From a virus (lineage: Duplodnaviria; Caudoviricetes): a DNA stretch of 41,266 nucleotides. The stretch lies in IMG/VR virus record IMGVR_UViG_3300020388_000028, positions 1-41,266 of that record; one strand, 5' to 3'. The notes beneath the pieces are model-generated. The model worked only from the letters and a program-made list of their open reading frames with translations. It was not told the DNA's origin and did no database searches. The position numbers were made by a program, and so were the translations under genes. Position 1 is the first letter of the stretch. Each line of letters opens with the position of its first letter. Below, piece by piece: positions 29,539-37,105 of this stretch.

Positions 29539-29563
29539 AAAAAAGGCCACTTACTGCGTAGCC
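29539..29563 (-). terminator. tR-like intrinsic terminator
   Basis: Minus strand GGCTAC-gcagtaa-GTGGCC then T6. Confidence 0.6.
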
Positions 29564-29575
29564 AAGCAGGGAAAC

Positions 29576-29866
29576 TTACCAGGTGCGGTTATCAGGGCGC
29601 TTGTAAGGCTCACGACTAAAAACCGTATCTAGTGTGTAGGTTATAAATTTTAAAATAGCGGCGCAGGCCAGAACGCAAATTGCGGCAATAACTATTGCGC
29701 CCAACACAAAAGAAGTGACCGGCCAAACTAATGCGGCTATAAAACCGAAGATTTGTAGATCTAAGTAATTGTGTTCTTCGCGCTTGGCCAAATAGAAAAA
29801 GCCGAATATCAGAAATTCAAGAACGCAAACAATAAGCAAATAGTTATCTAATAAAATTTCCATCAC
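29576..29866 (-). CDS. Small membrane protein
   Basis: Two to three hydrophobic segments; coupled to the upstream mini-ORF. Confidence 0.6.
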   Translation of the reverse strand: MMEILLDNYLLIVCVLEFLIFGFFYLAKREEHNYLDLQIFGFIAALVWPVTSFVLGAIVIAAICVLACAAILKFITYTLDTVFSREPYKRPDNRTW

Positions 29867-29934
29867 GCCGCTTCCTTTTGGGGTTCTTCATCTTCAACTG
29901 GTTGTTGTGCTGGGAACTCGACTACTTTGCTCAT
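29863..29934 (-). CDS. 23-aa mini-protein MSKVVEFPAQQPVEDEEPQKEAA
   Basis: AGGTG RBS; stop overlaps the next start; below the ORF-track length cutoff. Confidence 0.5.
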   Translation of the reverse strand: MSKVVEFPAQQPVEDEEPQKEAA

Positions 29935-29985
29935 TTTTTACACCTATGCTACGTTGTTTAATTCCATGTCTTCATTTGCAAAGGA

Positions 29986-30216
29986 ATGTTTATGTCTAAA
30001 GAAATTGAACACAATTCAAAAAACGGTGATGCGGTAGTGCTTACTTCAACTAGAATCGGTAACACTAGGGTCACCGTCGATTTCAGCGACTTCGGCAGCG
30101 CTACGTTCGACCTCGCCATTGGGCATGAGGTTATCCTTACTGCTGGAACTAAAAGATTCAGGATCTTTGAAGATGACCGTATGGACGCACCGGGTATCAC
30201 TCTGATTAACAACTGA
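29986..30216 (+). CDS. Hypothetical protein antisense to the pR operon
   Basis: AAAGGA RBS before ATG at 29992; globular-looking sequence. Confidence 0.55.
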   Translation: MFMSKEIEHNSKNGDAVVLTSTRIGNTRVTVDFSDFGSATFDLAIGHEVILTAGTKRFRIFEDDRMDAPGITLINN

Positions 30217-30561
30217 GTCATATCTCTCAAACTTAGTCACAGAAGTTTCAATATTTTGAGAAAAGGAATACTCATGATCGAAAACGCTGAAATCCCCATT
30301 CCCTGCCAAAAATGCGGTAGCAAGACAAAGAAAAGCATCAGATGGCTTTAAAACAATAACGAGATCACCTGTCAGTGCGGGGCTGTCACCGAAATTGACG
30401 CTACCCGCCTCAATCAACAAATCGCCAGTATCGAGAAGGAACTGAAATCTTTCAGTAAACTGTTCGGTAAACGGTGATGTTTGTTTAGCGCCAGATACAA
30501 CGGCAAGAAGCTGGCTCACTTGTTCAGTGTTAGCGGTTAGCGTTAGTGGTGCTTGCTTCAT
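30046..30561 (-). CDS. ORF coupled to cro, overlapping antisense genes
   Basis: ATGA overlap with the cro stop; no recognisable family. Confidence 0.4.
   Translation of the reverse strand: MKQAPLTLTANTEQVSQLLAVVSGAKQTSPFTEQFTERFQFLLDTGDLLIEAGSVNFGDSPALTGDLVIVLKPSDAFLCLATAFLAGNGDFSVFDHEYSFSQNIETSVTKFERYDSVVNQSDTRCVHTVIFKDPESFSSSSKDNLMPNGEVERSAAEVAEIDGDPSVTDSS
30274..30477 (+). pseudogene. Small CxxC...CxC zinc-binding gene with an in-frame TAA
   Basis: AAAGGA RBS; MIENAEIPIPCQKCGSKTKKSIRWL*NNNEITCQCG...EKELKSFSKLFGKR; stop at 30349-30351. Confidence 0.6.
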
Positions 30562-30797
30562 GCGGCTTTATCCTGCTGATATGAGTCAGGTGGAAAAACA
30601 TCTTCGAAGTTGCAACTTTGACCGTTTAGTGCATATTGTTTTTTTATGCCGACAGCAACGCGCCAAGCAATATCTACATTAGGCGTCCTACGCTCGCTTA
30701 TGTAGTTGTTGAATGTCATTGGCTTAAGTCCAACATAATCAGCAAATTGATTTTGCTTAAGGTTGAGTGCTTTTAGATGTTCTTTTACTCTATTCAT
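30558..30797 (-). CDS. Cro-like HTH protein
   Basis: LKQNQFADYVGLKPMTFNNYISERRTP; divergent from the repressor. Confidence 0.9.
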   Translation of the reverse strand: MNRVKEHLKALNLKQNQFADYVGLKPMTFNNYISERRTPNVDIAWRVAVGIKKQYALNGQSCNFEDVFPPDSYQQDKAA

Positions 30798-30811
30798 TTC
30801 AAGCTAAAATA

Positions 30812-30857
30812 ATTCATAACGTAGCATTACTATAATTCGCTATGAATCTTTTTGCAA
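30812..30857 (-). promoter_or_regulatory. pR promoter and OR operators
   Basis: TTGCAA-17-TATAGT (minus, 30857-30829); 13-bp ATTC-N5-GAAT-type sites at 30812-30824 and 30835-30847. Confidence 0.7.
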
Positions 30858-30913
30858 ATACTCATTTGAATTGTTTTCCTGTGTAAAAAATGCGCAGTAA
30901 AATGATTGACAGT

Positions 30914-30942
30914 TAGACAATCCACGCTACGTGACATATACT
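30914..30942 (+). promoter_or_regulatory. Repressor promoter (pRM-like)
   Basis: TAGACA-17-TATACT upstream of cI. Confidence 0.6.
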
Positions 30943-30965
30943 CATAAACATATTGAATAGTTTTA

Positions 30966-31406
30966 ATGGAACCGTTTATGACCACATTGGGCGAACGCAT
31001 AAAGGATTTGCGCAAGAAAGCCAGAATGAGTCAAAAGGAACTCGCCTTGAAAGTTGGTGTTGAAGGTGGCAGTTTGGGCAACTGGGAAAGGGACAACCGA
31101 GAACCTAGCATTTCTTACATCGCAGAGATTAATGAAGTGCTCAAGCCTATACTTGGTGACAATTTGTTTTATTTGATTACTGGCAAAAGGCCAGAAGAAC
31201 ATATCAACGCTATAACTATAAAATCTAGCTATATATCTCGTGAGGTGGTTTTAGATAGAACTGAAAAGTTTCTATCTGATATGGATCTTATGAGAGAGAT
31301 TAGGATTGTTGGAAAAATGGATGATGTTGTAAAAGCATTCGCTGATAGCGTATTAAAAGAACCCGCTAACAATCTTGTTGAAAATGGAATGATGAGCGGG
31401 GGTTAA
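30966..31406 (+). CDS. CI-like repressor: XRE HTH plus a short non-peptidase C-terminal domain
   Basis: LGERIKDLRKK...SQKELA...GNWERD; only 146 aa; no S24 peptidase motifs visible. Confidence 0.88.
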   Translation: MEPFMTTLGERIKDLRKKARMSQKELALKVGVEGGSLGNWERDNREPSISYIAEINEVLKPILGDNLFYLITGKRPEEHINAITIKSSYISREVVLDRTEKFLSDMDLMREIRIVGKMDDVVKAFADSVLKEPANNLVENGMMSGG

Positions 31407-31735
31407 GCCCCCGAACTCTTTCTACCTCTTTCGCTACTATCTTCTTCCCCACCAAATACATTCAAATAAGCAACGTTATCTTCATGCATTACTGGAGCAA
31501 CTGCAGCTCTTCTGTCACAAAAGTCTATCATGCGCTCTCTAATGTCATTCAAGCGCTCTTGCTTTTGAGAGGCGCTCAGATTTTCCACGCGCCATAGGCG
31601 AACCATTTCCGAAACCAAGTTAATGGCTTCGGCATTCTGAGCCTTAGTGGAATCAGTTCTGGTTCGAGTTATGAAGTAGTGAAGCGAATAAACCCCAAAC
31701 GACGAAATTACACATAGTGCGATCCAACTAAACAT
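31403..31735 (-). CDS. Single-pass membrane protein with a charged C-terminal domain
   Basis: N-terminal TM FSWIALCVISSFGVYSLHYFI; TAATG coupling to the upstream gene. Confidence 0.7.
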   Translation of the reverse strand: MFSWIALCVISSFGVYSLHYFITRTRTDSTKAQNAEAINLVSEMVRLWRVENLSASQKQERLNDIRERMIDFCDRRAAVAPVMHEDNVAYLNVFGGEEDSSERGRKSSGA

Positions 31736-32244
31736 TACTTCTCCTTAGTCTTATTAGATCTGTGCATCCATACAGCACCTATTGAGTAAACCAAAATTGC
31801 AACGGTAACACAACTGTTTATTGCAGGAATGGAAGCGGCGTAAAAACTACCAAGTACATCACTTTTTATTACTATTCTATCTGCGTACCTAGCAACTTGG
31901 ATAAAGCCCATCACGAGAAAAGCCATTACAATCAAAGTGGAAGCTTTTTGCATTGGTATTCTGTATCGGTCAACGAGGCCGAAGGCGCAAAACACAAAAG
32001 CAAAGTCTGTGGCTGCAAAAAATAAATACCAGGTATGCATTACTAGCTTGTCATAACCAGAGTCAGACCAACTGAGCATTAATGAATCCAATACCATATG
32101 AATCATACTTAGTATGCACATAAGGCAAAGTGTAATTGTGAAACTGTCGCGCCTGGCGAAGTATAGAGAGTAGATTAAGAGCGACAAGAACGCCGCTCTG
32201 AAGGTGTTGCCTTGAACTACATCAAGAATTTCGTAAAGACTCAT
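31735..32244 (-). CDS. 5-TM integral membrane protein (169 aa)
   Basis: Five hydrophobic helices with embedded polar residues (H, WY, D, Q, R, N); start MSLYEI. Confidence 0.78.
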   Translation of the reverse strand: MSLYEILDVVQGNTFRAAFLSLLIYSLYFARRDSFTITLCLMCILSMIHMVLDSLMLSWSDSGYDKLVMHTWYLFFAATDFAFVFCAFGLVDRYRIPMQKASTLIVMAFLVMGFIQVARYADRIVIKSDVLGSFYAASIPAINSCVTVAILVYSIGAVWMHRSNKTKEK

Positions 32245-32455
32245 ATTTAGTGCCGGGCTCTTTGCCACCACCGTTGTTATCCGTTCCTGCGCAAAGCAGT
32301 GGGTAACGCTGGCAGAAGCTAGAAACCGCTCCCTCAGAACTATTTGCTGTCAAATCTTTGCTGCGGGGCTCTTCAACAACTTCAGCTTGAACTGCGGTCA
32401 ATAGAAAAGAACAAGCCAAGGCCACACCTGCAATGATTTTCATCTGATGCTTCAT
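32222..32455 (-). CDS. Small secreted protein / peptide precursor
   Basis: AGAGGA RBS; Sec-type signal MKHQMKIIAGVALACSFLLTAVQA; mature 53 aa containing C-X6-C and NNGGGKEP. Confidence 0.75.
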   Translation of the reverse strand: MKHQMKIIAGVALACSFLLTAVQAEVVEEPRSKDLTANSSEGAVSSFCQRYPLLCAGTDNNGGGKEPGTKYESLRNS

Positions 32456-32570
32456 AAAATTATCCTCTTTGATAGTAAATTTCCCTTTACGGAAAGTTCC
32501 TATCGACCAACTTACAGATAACTTTAATCAACTTCGAATCATCATTGGTTATAAATGTAGACGAATTGAC

Positions 32571-32681
32571 TTGACAATGCAATTCATTATGAATACATTT
32601 TAACTATTCAGTATGAAGCCTCAAAGATTAAGGTTTTATTCTTGAATCAAATTTAGAAAGAAAGATTACTTCGTAGTGAAC
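32571..32681 (+). promoter_or_regulatory. pL promoter and OL operators
   Basis: TTGACA-17-TACATT (32571-32599); ATTCATTATGAAT 32582-32594, ATTCAGTATGAAG 32606-32618, CTTCGTAGTGAAC 32669-32681. Confidence 0.72.
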
Positions 32682-32747
32682 CTTTTTTCAACTGCATAAA
32701 GATGCTAGTGAAACTGAATTTTATTCACCGATGAGAGATAAAAATCA

Positions 32748-33032
32748 ATGACCCTTATCAAATCAGTAAAAATGCCATTTAAAAGCCTGATGAAGTTTCA
32801 GAAAACCGAAGTGGTTAATGAAATGGTTTCATACATCATGAGCCACCAGCCATTAACGTGGAGTGATAAATTCAAGCGCGTAAATATCGCTATGAATGAC
32901 CACGGCGATAAACCTGCAACTTTTCCTAGCGAGATAGCACCACTAGTTAAAAACGCGTTAGAAACGTTTAACCGCGCCCCTGATGGCTTTGAGTTAATCG
33001 ATTTCATGCCTTCATTAAGCGAGGCCGCGTGA
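32748..33032 (+). CDS. Hypothetical protein (first pL gene)
   Basis: ORF with a purine-rich upstream tract; coupled to the next gene. Confidence 0.65.
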   Translation: MTLIKSVKMPFKSLMKFQKTEVVNEMVSYIMSHQPLTWSDKFKRVNIAMNDHGDKPATFPSEIAPLVKNALETFNRAPDGFELIDFMPSLSEAA

Positions 33033-33223
33033 TGCCTGAAGAGTTCCCGATATTCCTCACCCATAGCGAACTGACTAATTTAAACCGTATTTTCAACATT
33101 ATTGGTGAAGAGGCGCTTAAGGCCAACTACTTCACCAAAGCTGATATTGCTGATGTTTATTCAGTGCTTGAGAAAGTGCGAATTACAAAAGATGAAGCGG
33201 TAGTTGATGAGGTGGCAGCATGA
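33029..33223 (+). CDS. Hypothetical protein
   Basis: GTGA overlap; GAGG RBS. Confidence 0.6.
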   Translation: MMPEEFPIFLTHSELTNLNRIFNIIGEEALKANYFTKADIADVYSVLEKVRITKDEAVVDEVAA

Positions 33224-33312
33224 TTTACTTAATGGTTCTGCTAGGCCCATGCCTTCTTTTACTGGCAACTATATCGCTGGTTGAAGCTATTAAAAGCGTA
33301 AAGCCAGATTAA
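33220..33312 (+). CDS. 30-aa single-TM peptide
   Basis: ATGA overlap; GAGGTG RBS; MIYLMVLLGPCLLLLATISLVEAIKSVKPD. Confidence 0.5.
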   Translation: MIYLMVLLGPCLLLLATISLVEAIKSVKPD

Positions 33313-33344
33313 ATCAAACCTATATCAAAGAGGAAGTTAAAAAT

Positions 33345-33620
33345 ATGTGTAATTGTTTTGAAGAAACGATGGAAGAAGTTACCAAGCATATCAAGAAGCA
33401 GATACCCGAAAATGCTGAGGAATTTAAAGTTGAGTGGAAAGACAGAGCGTTTATTTTGTCTACGGGGCAGTACGCCCCTACAAACCCAAGCATAGAATAT
33501 GAATACCGCCCAATTAAGCGTGATGGTACGCCGCAGAAGAATCTCAAAAAAGACTCTATAAACATTCTAGCAAGCCACTGCTGCTATTGCGGCGAAAAGT
33601 TCGAACGCCCAGAAAAGTAA
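33345..33620 (+). CDS. Hypothetical Cys-containing (possibly Zn-binding) protein
   Basis: MCNC...CCYCG; GAGG RBS. Confidence 0.7.
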   Translation: MCNCFEETMEEVTKHIKKQIPENAEEFKVEWKDRAFILSTGQYAPTNPSIEYEYRPIKRDGTPQKNLKKDSINILASHCCYCGEKFERPEK

Positions 33621-33704
33621 ACCACGCCCCTAACTAAAGGGGCGCTAACCAACGGCTGTAACGTTTTGGGAGATAGTACAGCCACCAGAGATAGGATAAT
33701 AACC

Positions 33705-33983
33705 ATGAGCACACTAGAAATCAAACGATTGGCGAATAGCCACTTGGAATCATTAGCCGACACCATTGAAGCATTAAATGATCAAGGCGCACAATTAAAA
33801 ATGACTCGCACCACTAACGACTGTTCGTTTGTTACCGGTGTAGTGTGTGGGCAGCATATTAACGATGTTTTCTATGTTGACAATGAAGAGTCTGTTCTTC
33901 GCCTGGCTAATTTAAACCGCCGCATTCGTTCGTTTATCAAAGTGCCTTCATCAAATAAAACTTCTAATTTAGGGGCTGCTTAG
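33705..33983 (+). CDS. Hypothetical protein
   Basis: AGGA RBS before ATG at 33705. Confidence 0.6.
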   Translation: MSTLEIKRLANSHLESLADTIEALNDQGAQLKMTRTTNDCSFVTGVVCGQHINDVFYVDNEESVLRLANLNRRIRSFIKVPSSNKTSNLGAA

Positions 33984-33985
33984 TC

Positions 33986-34540
33986 ATGGCTACAAAAGGT
34001 GTAAACACACCAGAAGCAAAGCTTTACCTGAGCGGTCTTAGCATTCCGCAAGTAAGCTCTGAAACTGGAATACCTGCATCAACTCTTAGGTTTCGCTTTA
34101 AGAAACTAGGAATACTTAGAAGTAGAGGCGAAGCAGTAAGGATAGCAGCGGCTGATGGTCGATTAGGATCTGGCACAAGAGGGAAAAGCCGTTCTTTTTC
34201 TGATGAACACAAAGAAAATATGCGATTGGGGGCGCTTAAGCGTGGAGAGCAACACGCTAAAGGAACAACTTTGAAGCCTAGTGGTTATGTTGAGTATACG
34301 CGGGGCCCTCATAAGGGAAAGACTGTTCATGTTGCTGCAATGGAAGCGAGGTTAGGAAGAAACTTAAAAAGCGATGAGGTTGTTCACCATATAGATGGGA
34401 ATACGCAGAACAACAACGAAAACAATCTTGCTCTTTGTACTCGCTCTGGCCATTCGAGATTACATCGGTTTGAGGATCATCTGCAAGGTAAGGTTTTAAA
34501 AAGAAATGATAAAGGTCAGATATTAGGAGAGAAGAATTGA
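33986..34540 (+). CDS. Free-standing HNH homing endonuclease
   Basis: HVAAME..LGR...EVVHHIDGNTQNNNENNL...HSRLH. Confidence 0.9.
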   Translation: MATKGVNTPEAKLYLSGLSIPQVSSETGIPASTLRFRFKKLGILRSRGEAVRIAAADGRLGSGTRGKSRSFSDEHKENMRLGALKRGEQHAKGTTLKPSGYVEYTRGPHKGKTVHVAAMEARLGRNLKSDEVVHHIDGNTQNNNENNLALCTRSGHSRLHRFEDHLQGKVLKRNDKGQILGEKN

Positions 34541-35106
34541 ATGATTTAAACCTTTGCCAATTTATTGGGAGATTGGGAAACTCTGCTGAAGTTCGTTACA
34601 TGCAAAATGGAAAAGCCGTTGCTAATTTCAGTATTGCTTGTAACCGCTCATGGAAAGATCAGCAAGGTCAAAAGCAAGAGATGGCCGAGTGGATAAAATG
34701 CACCGCGTACGACAAGTTGGCAGAAATAATAGGCCAGTATACAGAGAAAGGTTCACAGCTTTATGTGAGCGGTAGACAGGCGACTCGCAAATGGCAAGAT
34801 CAGTCTGGCCAAGACCGTTACGCCACTGAAATTATTGTTGACCAAATGCAAATGCTGGGTGGCCGCCAAGGTGGTGCGCAGAACAATTCGGGCTTTCAGC
34901 AAGGAAGCCATCAAGGAAGCAACCAGGCTGGGCATCGACCTAACAACTCTAACACCTCATACGGAACCGGAAATTCCAACAATGGCAACGCACAAGGTGG
35001 GCAACAGAAAGCGCCCCCGATGAGTGAACCCGATTTTCCGTATGATGATGATATTCCTTTCGCTCCACTGTGTAAACAATATCGCTCTATGTATAACGCC
35101 TGTTAA
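34537..35106 (+). CDS. ssb: Single-stranded DNA-binding protein
   Basis: [24 protein letters not shown] linker, DDDIPF. Confidence 0.95.
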   Translation: MNDLNLCQFIGRLGNSAEVRYMQNGKAVANFSIACNRSWKDQQGQKQEMAEWIKCTAYDKLAEIIGQYTEKGSQLYVSGRQATRKWQDQSGQDRYATEIIVDQMQMLGGRQGGAQNNSGFQQGSHQGSNQAGHRPNNSNTSYGTGNSNNGNAQGGQQKAPPMSEPDFPYDDDIPFAPLCKQYRSMYNAC

Positions 35107-35119
35107 GGAACCTATAGCC

Positions 35120-36268
35120 ATGTTTAAGAATGCAAAAATTTACGCCCTAACGAAGCCTTTAAGCTTGTCTAGTGAAATGCTTGAAAGCGCTTTGGCCGAA
35201 CATGAGTTTCGCCATTGTGGTGCACACGATTTGGCGACCACTGGTTTCGGCCGGTGCATTGGCGGCCTGTTCGCTCACGTTGCTAATAATTGTTTCACCT
35301 TTCGATTAGTTAAAGAAGAAAAGTTACTACCTGCAAAAGTGGTTAATGCTGAAGTTGATGAAATGGTTGAACGCATTGAAGCTGAAACGGGTGAAGTGGT
35401 TGGCAAAAAAGCGAAGGCAGACTTAAGACAAGAGGTTGTCAATAAGTTACTACCCCAAGCTTTCACAGACAGAAAAAACACTTACGGCACAATCATTCCT
35501 GAAAGCAACTTAGTGATTGTTCACGCTGGCTCAGACTCACAAGCCGAAGTTTGGCTTGCCATGGTTCGCAAAGCACTGGGTTCTTTGCCGGTAGTGCCAT
35601 TTGCACGCCGCAGCATACAAGCAGAGTTAACGCGCTGGGTTACCGATACCACGCCAGACACTATCAACCTGTTAGAAGAAGCAGAGTTAAAAGCAACTGA
35701 TGATACTGGCGGTTTAGTTCGCGTGAAAAACCAAGAGCTAGATAGCGCCGAAGTATCAGCGCACTTAGATGCGGGCAAGTTGGTTCAGAAAGTAGCGTTT
35801 GAATATGACGATGCTTTCAGCGCTGTGATTTCCGAAGATGGCGCAGTAAGCCGAATTAAGCTGAATGATCGAGTTCTCGAAGAAGCGGCTGATATTCCAA
35901 AAGATCAGGTGTCCGCACGCTTCGATTCTGAAGTTTATCTGTATTTAAGCACCATGCTTGGCTTTATTAAGTTGATTGATGCCGAGTTTGGATTGACCGA
36001 AAAACATATCGTTACCTTATCTGATGCCATTGAACCTGAAGATCCAAACCCTTTCGTTAACAGCGAAGGTAAAGACTTTTTCTACGATGAAGCGGTTGAG
36101 TTCGTGCGCGAGTCAAGACGCGCATCAGTTTCAGCAGTGCAACGTAAGTTCAGAATCGGGTACAACCGTGGCGCTCGTTTGATTGAGCAGCTGGAAGCTG
36201 AAGGCATTGTAAGTAAGCCTGGTCATAACGGCGCACGTGATGTGCTAGTTCCACCTAAAGCGGCTTAA
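35120..36268 (+). CDS. rdgC: Recombination-associated protein RdgC fused to an FtsK gamma domain
   Basis: [30 protein letters not shown]; C-terminal [26 protein letters not shown]. Confidence 0.92.
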   Translation: MFKNAKIYALTKPLSLSSEMLESALAEHEFRHCGAHDLATTGFGRCIGGLFAHVANNCFTFRLVKEEKLLPAKVVNAEVDEMVERIEAETGEVVGKKAKADLRQEVVNKLLPQAFTDRKNTYGTIIPESNLVIVHAGSDSQAEVWLAMVRKALGSLPVVPFARRSIQAELTRWVTDTTPDTINLLEEAELKATDDTGGLVRVKNQELDSAEVSAHLDAGKLVQKVAFEYDDAFSAVISEDGAVSRIKLNDRVLEEAADIPKDQVSARFDSEVYLYLSTMLGFIKLIDAEFGLTEKHIVTLSDAIEPEDPNPFVNSEGKDFFYDEAVEFVRESRRASVSAVQRKFRIGYNRGARLIEQLEAEGIVSKPGHNGARDVLVPPKAA

Positions 36269-36311
36269 TTAAATTGAATGGCCCCCTCGGGGGCTAACGG
36301 GAATAAATACC

Positions 36312-36896
36312 ATGAACAACATTATGTTAGACCTAGAAACAATGGGCAAAGGCTCGAACGCGGCTATCGTGTCAATCGGCGCGGTATTCTTTAACCCTCT
36401 TACTGGTGAGTTAGGTGAGAAATTTTACGAGCGCATTTGGCTAGAGAGTGCAGAAAAATATGGTGAGATTGATGCAAGCACGGTTGTATGGTGGCTTGGC
36501 CAAAGCGATGAGGCTAGATCTGAAATTAATCACGACAAAAGCGTAGGTCTTAAAGAGGCTTTAAGGGGGTTTAGTAATTTTGTTATCGATAACGCTGAAG
36601 CATTTAATAAGATTCGCGTATGGGGTAACGGTTGCACCTTTGACAATGTCATTTTAAGCAACGCTTATAAATCCGTAGAGCTATCAAAGCCCTGGTCTTA
36701 TGCCGGCGATATGGATGTACGAACCATTGTTGAGTTAGGCCGCAAGCTTCTTAATTTCGACCCCAAGAAAGACATGCCGTTTGAAGGTGAAAAGCATAAT
36801 GCCCTAGCCGATGCCATTCACCAGGCTAAGTATGTTTCTGCTATTTATCAGAAGTTGGCTGAAGCTACTCATCGCGATGAGGTGAATGAAGCATGA
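36312..36896 (+). CDS. DEDDh 3'-5' exonuclease (phage type)
   Basis: MLDLETMG, WGNGCTFD, HNALADA. Confidence 0.92.
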   Translation: MNNIMLDLETMGKGSNAAIVSIGAVFFNPLTGELGEKFYERIWLESAEKYGEIDASTVVWWLGQSDEARSEINHDKSVGLKEALRGFSNFVIDNAEAFNKIRVWGNGCTFDNVILSNAYKSVELSKPWSYAGDMDVRTIVELGRKLLNFDPKKDMPFEGEKHNALADAIHQAKYVSAIYQKLAEATHRDEVNEA

Positions 36897-37105
36897 ACCT
36901 AACCAATAGCGAGAAGAAAGTTTTCGAACTTGTCATACAAGGGTTTAGTAATGCTGAAATTACTCATTCGCTTTGCCGAAGCGAGTCAAACACTCGCCGC
37001 CACGTTACCAATATTTTTACTAAGGCCAATGTAAAAAGCCGCTCTGAACTGATGGCTAAACACTACATGGGTAAAGAAGCTTTCGATAAGGCACGCGCAG
37101 CATGA
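36893..37105 (+). CDS. Stand-alone LuxR/GerE-type HTH
   Basis: LTNSEKKVFELVIQGFSNAEI...H..NIFTKANVKSR. Confidence 0.88.
   Translation: MNLTNSEKKVFELVIQGFSNAEITHSLCRSESNTRRHVTNIFTKANVKSRSELMAKHYMGKEAFDKARAA

Noticed and set aside
29114-29540. Plus-strand ORFs 29114-29320 and 29328-29540
   Set aside because: They cross a terminator and hairpins, lack a clear RBS and are not protein-like
32411-32455. Lipoprotein interpretation of the peptide precursor (VALAC)
   Set aside because: Non-canonical lipobox, and the hydrophobic stretch continues past the Cys to a VQA signal-peptidase-I site; SignalP would settle it
35024-35119. ORF-track N-terminal extension of rdgC (similar over-extensions at 23066, 24047, 32271, 33666 and 39239)
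   Set aside because: Downstream starts with an RBS or stop/start coupling fit the expected N-termini better
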